NCBI GenBank assembly: GCA_050575255.1
Contig: JBNZDD010013718.1
Location: 3,724,540-3,788,539 of the forward strand
Length of the DNA stretch: 64,000 bases
From: Harriotta raleighana
Taxonomy: Eukaryota
Reading direction: 5' to 3'
This document shows, one piece after another, positions 37,014 through 48,359 of this stretch. Each line of letters starts with the position of its first letter. Position 1 is the stretch's first letter. Both the position numbers and the translations under genes were made by a program. Under the pieces are notes generated by a model, which was given only the letters and a program-made list of their open reading frames with translations, was not told the DNA's origin and did no database searches.

Positions 37014-40000
37014 AAGTCTTAAACTAAATAACGTTGGTTATGTTTTCAACAATATCTTTACCAATGTGCAGCAACAGAATATGCACAAGATCCATGTCAG
37101 ATATTCATGTATTAAATTCTATAAACAGGAGTGACATTTCTCCTTTTATGACTTAAAGCTAAATTTTATAAAATACCACCGTTCTGTAGCAATGGCAGAT
37201 TAGCATGTTTGCAAAGCTCAAATAACAGCTAAAGTTAACTCGCTCAACAAAAGCAGAGCTCCTGCTATCTGATCCATGCCCAAAGCTTACTTCTGATCGC
37301 CTATGAAATGCTAGGCACTCAGTACCAAGCAACTAAAAAGACAATAATTAGGAGAGAAAGACTATCATCTTGAGCATGACCTACCCCTCCCCCGTTTCTA
37401 CCCTCCCATCAGAGTGCCTGCTCCACCTGCCTACTGCAGTCACATTGCAGTGCCATTAGGAGCCATTATCAGCGAGTGTGTTTTCATGGTCACAGAGCAT
37501 TAGAGCAAGGGTCCCTCTAGGCTCGGATCGCATAACCATAAATTTACCCTTGAGCGTCTTGTTTCAATGTACTCAGCTACAGCTTTACCCTTCTTTTTGG
37601 CACATGCACCTTGACCCTACCTGACACTGCACATATGTGAGAAAAGGAAGTTCACAGTCAACGGTCAATGGTAAATAAATCTCCAGTGAACTATTAAGTT
37701 ACACCATTTTTCTCCTCCTCCCCTCACCCCTCACTCCTATGAAATGAATGCTTAGATGACAGTTGGCTGGAAAATGGATAGATATAGGCCAGGTCAAATT
37801 TAAGTGGCAATGAAATATCTTTGACTCAAAAGATGGGAGAACAAAAAAAACTTTGAAATAATATTCACCGTGTCAGGCTGCCTGCATCAGTCATTCCCCA
37901 AATACCTGCTGGCTCACATTAATCAGAATGCAAAACAGCTTTCCATCTTCCATGCTGGAAAATTTCAAAGATAAAAATTTGTCATTTTATCCTGTTAGGT
38001 AGATCTGGTCAGAACTGTGATCAGTTATTAATGCAGGTTTAAATCATAAATGGTGGAGAATTTTTAATGCAAAATGTATTCTTTGAAAATAAACAGTGTT
38101 GGATTCAAAGTAATGAATGCAGCTTGATTAGATTGCAGTGACGCAGTATTACAAGGCAGGGAGCTGGGCATGAAAAATGTTGCTCTGTGACTAGAAAATA
38201 TATGCTTTGATGTGTATGTTGTCCTGAGTTCAGACAATTCAGCAAGTCCACTACAAACAGAGGATATTGAAATGCAAGGTGCCACATTAACTTTGCCTCT
38301 TGTTTATCCTGTTAGTGAGTTTGGGTCCATATATCCTATAAAAATAAAAGGTTGAATGAATCACACAGCTTGTCGTTCAGCACTCTGTTTCTAATGCTCA
38401 TGTTATCCGTTTCATTTAAAATCGTTTCATTCAGAATGAAACAAACGGATAGTTTGGAACAATGTTTTATTTACCCTGAGTGCTATCCATTACGAGTGAC
38501 TAAATCATCTAATGCCCGAGGAGGGAAATTGGCTTATTACCAATAATTAAGTCAAAGATCAATCTTTGAAATAAAGGGACGGGCAAAATACTCATCGTTA
38601 ATGGCTAGAATGAATAATTATGATGTAAAAATGATCCTGGATCCATTTCAGAAACTCTCTCCACTCCACTCCCCCCTCCCATCCCTCCTCCCATCCCCCC
38701 ACAAAGCCCTGCCTGGTTTAAATGGATATTTCTCTGAGGTTGCAGTTCAGTTTGCATTGTTGGATAAATGTAAGAGGAGCTCATGGCAGCTGCTGACCTG
38801 CACCTATGCCTCCACAGAATTCAGATTAGATGCTGCACTGAAAAAGTTCCAGTCCTAACATTTTTTGTCCTGAACTTTAATGAATGATTCCCGGTAATGT
38901 AAGGCACATATCCCATTATTGCACCTTCCTCGCACAATCACAGTTCACAAGTTTATCAGTGACAGTGTTTTATATGTGATTCATCATTGTCGAAACAACA
39001 GCCACTGGGGAAATAATGATCACAACTATTTCCGCCTGAGTAATAATTTACTAGGGATTTGAATACTAGTTGATTAAAATGAGAGCTGTGGTAATGGTTG
39101 GACCACCCTCCCCCACTCCTTGCGGTTCTGGAAGTCTGTAAGGAAAGTTGAAGTAGTAACAAAATGAAACCATGGAAATGAGTGCAATGATTTTCAAAAA
39201 AGAAACGTACCATATTAACCCCACGAGAGTCATATCAGAAATGCACATTGCATACTTCAGTTCAGGAGATTATTCAGGTGTGATGTAGATTTTTTTAATT
39301 CTCTCGTGCATCGCTCAACCTTAGAAATGTGCAGGAAATAATATTCAGTGGAACTGAAAACATATGCTTAGCATATATAATCTCCACTAGAACTAATTCC
39401 TGTTAACTATGGGCCTCTCTGATTATTATTAATTTACCTCTCTCTCTTCCTGGCTGAAGCTCTCACAGTCAAATCATACCATACGAAAGCTGATATGATT
39501 GAACTCCTTATTCAAATAATTACTTTATTGCCTCTTCTTTATTTTCGAAGTTCAAAAAATCCGGTGCGATACCCCACTTCTGCCTTGGAACTCCTGTTTC
39601 TGGAAGAGTTTTAGATTAAAATTAATAACTGACAGGAATGAACAGCAACATCGATTTAAAAGCTTTCATCACAAAAGCACACAAGCTCTGTGCAACGCCA
39701 ATTTAAGGAAAGCCATTCGAGCTTATAAAACCACAGAAAACCAGCATCAGGAAGAGGCCATTCAGCTCATTGAGCCTGCACCACCACTTATAGAAGTCTG
39801 AGTCTACTTGGGGTTCCTGTGTCCCTTCACCTGCATATAATGGTGACCAGTGAATAGCAAAATTTATATATACTGCTTAATGTTAATAAAGAGCTAGTAG
39901 TCCTTTTTCCATCCTGATTCTCTTCATTAACATTAAATATTTTAGTCTATTCATTTCTCAGCTCCTTGCATTCGCTGATGCTGTCGCCTTGCACCGTTCT

Positions 40001-40542
40001 GCCGCAGGTATCAGTGTCAGACCTATAACTGGGGCATTAATCAGACGCTTATCAAACACTGGTCATGATTAATCATAAAACAATGGATGATCCATTCCTC
40101 AATTTTCTCACTCCTGAAAAGAAGTCATCGTAGGCGTATGATGTATGTTATCCTGCCTTCTTGTCTTGATAATAATCTTTGCTATCACCGGCTACCTCTA
40201 CAGTCCAAAGATTTCCTGTAATTCATTCTTGATCCAGTGGCTGCAATATGGTAGGTTTAATTATGAGAGATAATGGAAATGGTTGTCATTGGTATCACAC
40301 TGCTGACAAGTTTAATTGTGACATGAACATCATGGCACATCACAACAGGAATAAAGTTTTCAGTGCGGGGTGGAGATAAATTGGATGGATGGCTTTTTGG
40401 TAATTTGCGCTACAATGACACGGTCATTTTTTTTCTCAACAGCTGCTAATTATTGAGCTTCATGACCATAAAATGTACAGCTGCGCTGAGAGGCATCATA
40501 GTGTTGAGAGTGACTTTCAGTCAAAAGGTGCAGTGCTTCTAT

Positions 40543-40700
40543 TGTGGGACATTGCTTTCCACAAATCGACGACTGAGTTTGCCTTCGATTTACAGGCATT
40601 GCACTTTATAGTAAACGCTGTGAAGCGCTTCGAGACTTTCCCCTGGAGTGAAAGGCACTATATCAATAATGATAATAAGAAATCCTTGCAATTCATATAG
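40543..40700 (+). mobile_element. SINE tail (old), abutting a short inverted tail
   Basis: tgtgggacattgct..gtgaagcgcttcgagac..gtgaaaggcactatatcaa, then aatccttgcaattcatatagc. Confidence 0.65.
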
Positions 40701-41059
40701 CAGTTTAAGTGGCACAACAGCAAGCAGATTGTATTCAAGAGCTCCCTAAATGATCATGGGCATTGCTTTATTATGTAAAACAATAGACAGCTCAGTGGGT
40801 TTAACAATTCCACAGTCCTTCTGACTTTACTTTTATAAAAACACATCAGGTTTAGTGGCATCATCTGAACATCATTTGTCCTGTAACAAAATGTATTGTT
40901 TACAATTGTATTCCAATACTTAGTGAATGGTTTGTGCCCTGGTTATCTGATGTTAAAGGTAGGTACTTTGGTGCTTACTATCAGATGGTGTTATGTGCCA
41001 TTAAGTGATACATTTAATGCATTATACTTTCTACATGGAGACTTTTATTCTTTTATTCT

Positions 41060-41530
41060 ATGGCCTCCAAGGATAACCCTAGGTTCTTCTTTTCCAATCT
41101 GGTGATTGAACAGCCAGGGCAACACTGACGGCTGAAAGTTATTGCAAATTATTCAACTACTTTATACAAGTCCAACCTTCCGAATTTTACTCATTAATGC
41201 ATAGAAAGATACCATCTCGAATGTGTAGTTTAAGCAAACTGCTGGAGGCATTGGGAAACTGGAAAGATTTTCAGCAAATTAGTTTTTCTTCCTCCCATCA
41301 AACTTTCCCCCAAAAGTTGAGACGTATGGCCAATCCTCTGATGGATATCTGCAAATAGCATTACTGGAAATGATATCTCCTTTGTCGAAACAGTAGCTTC
41401 CTTGATCAGATAAAAATCACCCAGTACATTGGATTTTATTCAGCTAAAGTTATAGATCATACGCTAGAACCAGTCCTAGTTTCAGGATCCCAGAAACATC
41501 AATTGAATGTCAGTAGCTGCTTAGGATGAT
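41060..41530 (+). mobile_element. Possible third decayed DIRS fragment (MT-like region)
   Basis: HRKIPSRMCSL..EALGNW, FLPPIKLSPK (cf. FPP.PLIPKV), QDPRNIN (cf. HPDP..L.L) in the same order as at 18.3-18.6 kb; very degenerate. Confidence 0.3.
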
Positions 41531-43088
41531 GCACAAAGCATTTCTAAATTAAATGCATTCATGACATTGCGCCAAATTCATTTAAAAAAAATGTTGGATA
41601 GCAATGAAGACCTTGGGATTTCTTTTACAGAATGTGCTTTGAGTCCATTGTCAGTTCTATCAGCTATCTACAAAACAGTGCCCTTCGATACCTTCAATAT
41701 TAAGATGGTGGCAGAATAAAGTCGAAATAATCATTGATGTTTCTTTTTTTATATATAGTTCTACCTCATAGTCATGAATTTAATTACTTGGAAGCATTCC
41801 TAACATTTTGTGTAAAGTCTGGAATATGACAAAAAAAAACTTTTAAAAATATGTCTGAAATAGAATATTATAATGCTTTGGCTTCAGGAAAAAAAACTTG
41901 CTGAGAAAGAAATATGTGTGAGTGTCTATGTGCATGTGTCCTTTCTGGACACTGAATGAGAAACGAGTATTTCAATAACCGCAGCTGAATATAGGTAGGC
42001 TTCTATTCATTTCAATAATGAATCTTTTCAGTGTTAATGAATTGCAATCCGTAACTTTGCAAGATTTCAGTTTGAATTGATTTGTAAGCGATTGGAAGGA
42101 AGACACACTATTTTGTAATGTTTCTCCTATCCAATTATTGGGCAGGCTGTCTATTTACAAGGTGATAAATCAGTTCATAAAAGCCATCCTTTGTTCTGGT
42201 AGTAATCTTTACTGATTGATTTTCAGACTACTGTATAAAAGTTCAAAATGCATGCCTTTTATATGAAGCTGATTTGATTTATTATTCAAAAGTGATATTA
42301 CTTCCTAAATCTACAGGGGTTGTGGGTGGGTGGGGAGGGAGGGGCGTGGAGAAAAATGGGTGATAATTATCACAAAATACTGCACATTTTTCCAACTAAA
42401 TAACAGAGGTCAACTCATTCTCAGCCTTTCATAATGAACTGCCTGCATTTCAAGACAAACAGCCCAGATTGTAGTTTTCTAACGACTGAATTTCTTGCTT
42501 AATTAATTTGCCACAATTTTGAATTATATCACCCAAATATCTAGATCACAAGCCTCATAAACATAGTCACTTTGGAAGATTTTAAACAAAATAAACTGTG
42601 CCGAAAAACAAATTCAGTCATGTGGGAGTTAGCTATCACTGCCTAAATGACCTCAGTGACACAGTGATTGAGTCAAACAACTTCAAATGAAAACAAGTGG
42701 AAAGGTCACAATATTTTTTTTAAAAGTGCAGACAAAAAAATGGAAGAGAGAGAAATTGCCATTGTTTTTTGATCTGACTAATTGTCACAGGAACTGTGAC
42801 CTGGGTTTCTTTNAAAAGAAAAAAAAGGCAAATAACAACTGTTAAATTCTTCTTTTTTAACTTGCATNTCACGTCAGGAGGACGTCCCAAGGCGCTGGGA
42901 AAGCTGAAGATGGAATGAGCAGAAAGGAAGGCCAGAAAAATTCACGGGAATGTTCTGAAGTCTTACAACACACTTCAAACATTGATGCTAGATTTATAGG
43001 CCTCTTCCAACATTTTGTTTGAATTGCTATTCATTTAAAAATGTCCAGCCTATACTGATTATTTGAAAATGAATCCAACTATAAACTC

Positions 43089-43856
43089 CAGTTGAACCCT
43101 GATTTACGTTTTTCAATTTAACAAAGGTAAATTTTTTACAACTTTTTTCGATTTACATTATCTTGTTTTGTTTTAACAAAATTTTTTAATTAAACTTGAT
43201 TTTTTGGGGGTAGAAAAAATAAAAATACGCAGTATATCTAGTATATCCAAGATACAAGCTAATTTATAGTACAAGCTGATTTACAGTACAAGCTGTTGAA
43301 CTGGCCAATATCATGTCGCTACGTCATTGCTTATATGATGTCAAGTGACTGCCGATTGCCAATTAGATGAGGCCCAGGTGATACCCAAGGCCTCAGGGCT
43401 CACGTTGGGTCCTGTAGCCGATGTAGAAAACTGCATCAATGAAGACCCCGGATCCCTGGGTAAGCCAAGCCGGAGGTACCATTCCCCTGTGAGCTGCTCT
43501 AGACACTGGATCTGTTCGCGGTACGGGACCAGCTCGACTGTGATCGAGAGCCACGGGACCCGCTCGATGGGGTATTAAATTAATTATTCATTAATTAAAT
43601 TCATTAAGTCTCTATCATTAAAAATTCTTTGCTGCAAAANAATTATTCATTAATTAAATTCATTAAGTCTCTATCATTAAAAATTCTTTGTTGCAAAATG
43701 TTATTTTAGTGGGTTTTAGGTCTGAAAGTTTGGCAAAAGAACGCATCTCGGATTATATAATGGGACCATATGGGAAAACCCGTCCTGATTTACGTAATTT
43801 CAATTTACGTCACGGTTTTCAGGAACGCAACCCTTTTGTAAATCGAAGTTCACTTG
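43089..43856. mobile_element. Tigger/pogo-like non-autonomous DNA transposon (~0.75 kb)
   Basis: Left cagttgaaccctgatttac vs right gtaaatcgaagttcacttg|TA; Tigger-type subterminal ttacgtcacggttttcaggaacgcaacccttttgtaa; CpG-rich core at 43320-43575. Confidence 0.7.
43582..43698. repeat. 58-bp duplication across a single N (probable assembly artefact)
   Basis: 43582-43639 and 43641-43698 differ at one base; N at 43640. Confidence 0.85.
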
Positions 43857-43959
43857 TATTACATATTTCAATCAGTTTTATTTTGCTGTGAACAATTTGA
43901 GCAATGATACAAATAAGGTAAGCCACGCGAGTCTTAAAATAATAGTAGTGATCCGTACA

Positions 43960-44085
43960 CGTGATATGGTGCCTCTCACGTCAGAAGGACGTCTCAAAGC
44001 GCTTCACAGATAGTGAATGAATTATGTCGGCAAACACAGCAGCTAATGGCACACATAGCAGGGGCACACAAACAGCCATAATGTA
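43960..44085 (-). mobile_element. SINE tail fragment
   Basis: gatatggtgcctctcacgtcagaaggacgtctcaaagcgcttcacag..cacaaacagcc. Confidence 0.75.
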
Positions 44086-46889
44086 TCCAATTTTAATCCG
44101 TCTTCCTTGCTCGGTTCTTATAGAATACTTATTTCTACACGCTCAGAAGCTGTGGCAAGTGGGTTAGAATGTCAGGCAGCATTGGAACTTGCTACCATCA
44201 TCTGCCTAGGAGTTATACACACGGTCATTTGAGCCATTGAACTGCCAATTTTGCTATCTTTTTTTTCATAATTCAAATGTGGTCCTAAGAATGATAATTG
44301 TACATTCAATTTATTTCCCAACAGGAGGCTTGAGGAAACATTTTGATGGCAATTGGTATCATCGGAAAACTGAAATAAAATCTTAGGTTCGAGATTAAAT
44401 TTGTCATACAGTAACTCTTATGTGCTTCAGGGAATGCTTGTGATAGGTTGCCTACAAAACACATGAAAGTGTTTGCCAGATATTTTACCATGTCACAAAG
44501 TTAGGCTCTGACAAATGCAAGGATGATTACTGCAAATCAGTACTGCCAGTAGAATTTGCAATGTCTGTAAAATTTGCTCACACCAAGTCTGGTATTTTCC
44601 TAACCTCTCCCTATTTTGTGTCCTCACTGTCGTAATCTCTCCCTTATTTCGCACTGTATCTACTTTATTGTCTTTCTTTCTCTCTCTCATTCTCTTAGGT
44701 CTTCCATTTTCTTTTATATTTTGGAGTACAGTTCAGTGCTTAACAAGTTAAACTGTGGCTGCACTGGATTGTTGCAACATGCATCACAGAAGACATTATT
44801 GCAATGGGAACTTTTTATGACCCCTAGGACAATGTTATTGATACAGTATAGAACCACATACTAAGATTGAGATAATATTGTGAAACCATTTATTTAAGTG
44901 AAAATGCCTTTCACACTCAATAACATCTGTGCCTTCACAAGCAGTTGTTTGTGTCTAGTTTGTCCTACAGGCAAAAATGCCAGGACAAATCAGCACAATT
45001 AGGGCAAATTTTATGTCACACTAGATGAAGCATTTTGTAGGCCTGTTTGACTGATTGTTAACATTAGTCTGTGTGATTATGATTAATATGCTTGCTTTTT
45101 CAATGACAGTGAGCAAAGATATGGGAAAGACCTCCAGTTAATGCTTGCTTTTTGTAGGATAATAGATAATTTCTAAAGACATAGAATGCATTCCTTCATT
45201 TAACTTGAAGTTGTGAATAAAACTCAAGGGTTAACATATAACAGAGTTCCATAACATAAAGTGGAGTCGCTCTGGCAAATAGTCAAATATTCAATGATAC
45301 TTTTATAAAATAAGCTGTTACTTGATCAATAATATTTGACCATTTTCAAAAACCTGTTCAAATTTTAAGCTGTTTTCTTTCAAGAAATATTTTGCTCAGC
45401 TGCAAATATTAGACCAAATATGCAAAAATAAAAGCTAATTTATCATTCACCATTACAAAGCTCTTCAGTAGCCATCTGTGTTAATGCCTCCTTTAATGCC
45501 AATTTATTTAGTAGTCTGGGAGGGACAGTGAGTTACAAAGTATCACACATATATGAGTGGAATGTAAATGTTATATTAGCCAGCCTCAACTCCAGTTATC
45601 ACCAGTTCAGCAGCTTCTTCTTACTCCTCCATTTATACTGCATTGATTGTACGCAGTTTCTGCACCAAAATCAATGGTGAAAAGTTAGTGTGAATCTGGT
45701 TTTACGGCAACAATTTGACTCCGAGTTTTACTCATTAGGAATGGAATTGATTCTTTGAAGCTATCTGTTGCGGTGCAACTCGGGGATTTTACTGCAGCTG
45801 ATTTCAAGCAAAGTTTTAAACTTCATTTGAAAAACTTTCAGTTCCTGCGCAAACTAGAATTTTCAGACGAGAAGGTCTTCCAGGCTAATACTATGTGGAA
45901 TTCCAGGCCTCAAGCTTCCTGCTGAGTTGCTAAACTACTTCAAGCAGTAATGCCAAATGATCCCAGCACATAGAGCATTAGAATAAATTTAGGTTATTTC
46001 CCCACGTGCAAACAGCTAAAGATAGAATTTATTGGGGTCATTTTAATGGTCCATTAGATATTTAGTACATCGAATAGACATGGACCTGTGTATCGTGAAT
46101 GGCCAGCATGCAATGCACTTTCAATGGCCTGTGAAGTCAGAATGCTGGAATTAGACTTCTCAAAAACAGATCAAGTGTCAGTAGACGGAAATACACCAGG
46201 TATCCCATGAACCTGAGATCTTGTGTCACAGACCTAGCTTCACAGGAAAGGGGATTACGTTGCGTACATCTGGGTCAATTTGACCCACAAGGTATCAATC
46301 GAACCACAAAACTGATCCCCCTACTTACCTCATTTGTGTGAACTGAGTTTTTTTTTCCCCTCTTTTAAATATAACTCTGCTTTTATTGATCAAAAACTCA
46401 GAGAACTCCCAGGCACCAGTCCTGTGTCCCATTTTGCTTCACCTTATAGAGTTCAAGTTCTAAGTGAAAAAGATGAATGGCTTGTAGAAATGGAATCATT
46501 ATGTTAAGCATTCAGTGGAACAAAAATACAGCAATTACAGTAATGAAGGTGCTGTATTTTGTCTGAATTTTTTTTTAAAGTTTGAAACAGTCAAAATAGA
46601 ATAATGAACACAATCATTTAGGCCTAGGGAATCCATTTCCTTTTTGCCAAATTAGATGACTAATGCTGCTGTTATGCTGCACTTGCCAGTGCTATATCAC
46701 TTTGTATTGAGGAGTTATGAAAGAGAGCAAGCGAGAGAGAGCTACTGTCCAGTTGCTCCCATATATTGCTGGTTTACCCAACTGAACTCTATGTGCATCG
46801 CTCAAAAAACACAACGACGTCCAGTCAACTCTTACCTGTTCCTAGATATGATGTAAAGGTACATAATTTAAAGTTAACGTTAAAGATTA

Positions 46890-47122
46890 TAGGCCATTGT
46901 TCAATAACAGAATGGAGTTTCTCCCAGCGTCATAGATAACATTGCACCAAATAAAAATTGATCATTCACTGCAATAATCGTTAAAAGGAAATAGTTGTTC
47001 ATAAATTGGGTGCCACATTCACCTAAAAAGATACACAGTCACTAGTCTTTACAGTAAATCCTATAAAACTCATTGAGACATGCTCCCGACATATGGCCTG
47101 ATAGCAAGTGCAAGGATCATTG
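46890..47122 (+). mobile_element. DeuSINE 3' half, old
   Basis: ggagtttctcccagcgtc..aaattgatcattcac..ctttacagtaaatcc..agtgcaaggatcatt. Confidence 0.65.
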
Positions 47123-47915
47123 TCCAGACCTTTTTGTAACTGCACTGCATTTCATAAAGAGTTTTGTGAAATATGTTAATTTGGGTGAAGTCCCACACAG
47201 ACCTTGTCTGAAATGTAGCAGTGTTAGTCACCTGCATTGGAACATGTTCACGTACTGATTGCGGTGAACGCAGAGTATCTGAAATAACTTGCTGCACAGT
47301 CAAAGCAACTTGCTGTCAACAAGAGCATGTTGCAACCTTCAGTGTATTTAGTCATTTACATTTTTAAGATGCAGCTGGCCTTGACACTCCCTTTTTTGTC
47401 ATTATAAGTAAAGCTGCCAAGATGAGAAATGGACATGAGGTACCTGATTATTAGGATTAATTGTCTTCCAACTGTGCAGTGAAGCTGCTAGGCTAAAGAG
47501 ATTAAGCTGAAGATAATAAAGGGCAATAAACGCATTGTTTTCTTTCAAATCTGCTTGCACACGTGAACTATTCGCCATGCTGGTACATCTGTTAATAAAG
47601 CCAAATGATTGCTGCTGTTTGTCATGAAGAAAAGGTACTGGCTCACTGTGTGAGAATGTCTTGATTTTCGTGACACTTGTTTAAAGGTAGATCGGCTCAA
47701 GTATAATAAAGAAAAAAATCATCAAATCTTATCTATTTGCACCTGTGATCCGCAAGTTTACATTCAACATCACTTACTTCTCACTCCTCAATGTCCTTTG
47801 TATATTGATATTCAATAAATGTGAGAACCAAGGCATTTGAAATCTTGAACAATCTTTTGACTTCTTGGATTTTAAATGAAATAATAATCATAACACTTTA
47901 GCCATTATAAAGATA

Positions 47916-48359
47916 CAGTAAAATCTCGATTATCCGGCATCCACGGGATCTGGCCAGTGGTGGTTAAACGGTTTTCCGGTTGAATGGATTATTTTTTTAA
48001 AAAATCATTTTTAAATTAAAAAGAATTTAAAAAATAATAATTTTAAATGAATTTAACACATACCATATTAATAATAGTCTAAATAATAACAGAATATTGT
48101 ATTAGTACTTTATTATTTATACTTAACTTTGCAAAACAGCCCTCATCCAACAGAGGTTAAAAAAAAGTAACTTTTAAAAGGAGCAGGAGCGAGTTTAGAC
48201 CCGACTAGCACCAGTACTCGCTTGCAACAGTCCATTCATTAAAACACATCATCACTATTTGCCGGATAACTTTCGGCTCATCGAATCAGAACTTTTTTTG
48301 AGATGGCGATTGAATGGGTTTTCCAGTTCATTGAGTCACGGATAAACAAGGTTTTACTG
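47916..48359. mobile_element. Tigger/pogo-like MITE, 444 bp
   Basis: TA|CAGTAAAAtctcgattatccg ... cggataaacaagGTTTTACTG|TA; ~21-bp imperfect TIRs, TA duplication, subterminal ttttcc(g/a)gtt repeats. Confidence 0.85.

Noticed and set aside
36563-37027. 154-aa plus-strand ORF
   Set aside because: Antisense shadow of the CR1 reverse transcriptase.
42317-42345. G-run clusters (also 26265-26297, 58284-58317, 61850-61870) as G-quadruplexes
   Set aside because: Common low-complexity tracts with no supporting context.
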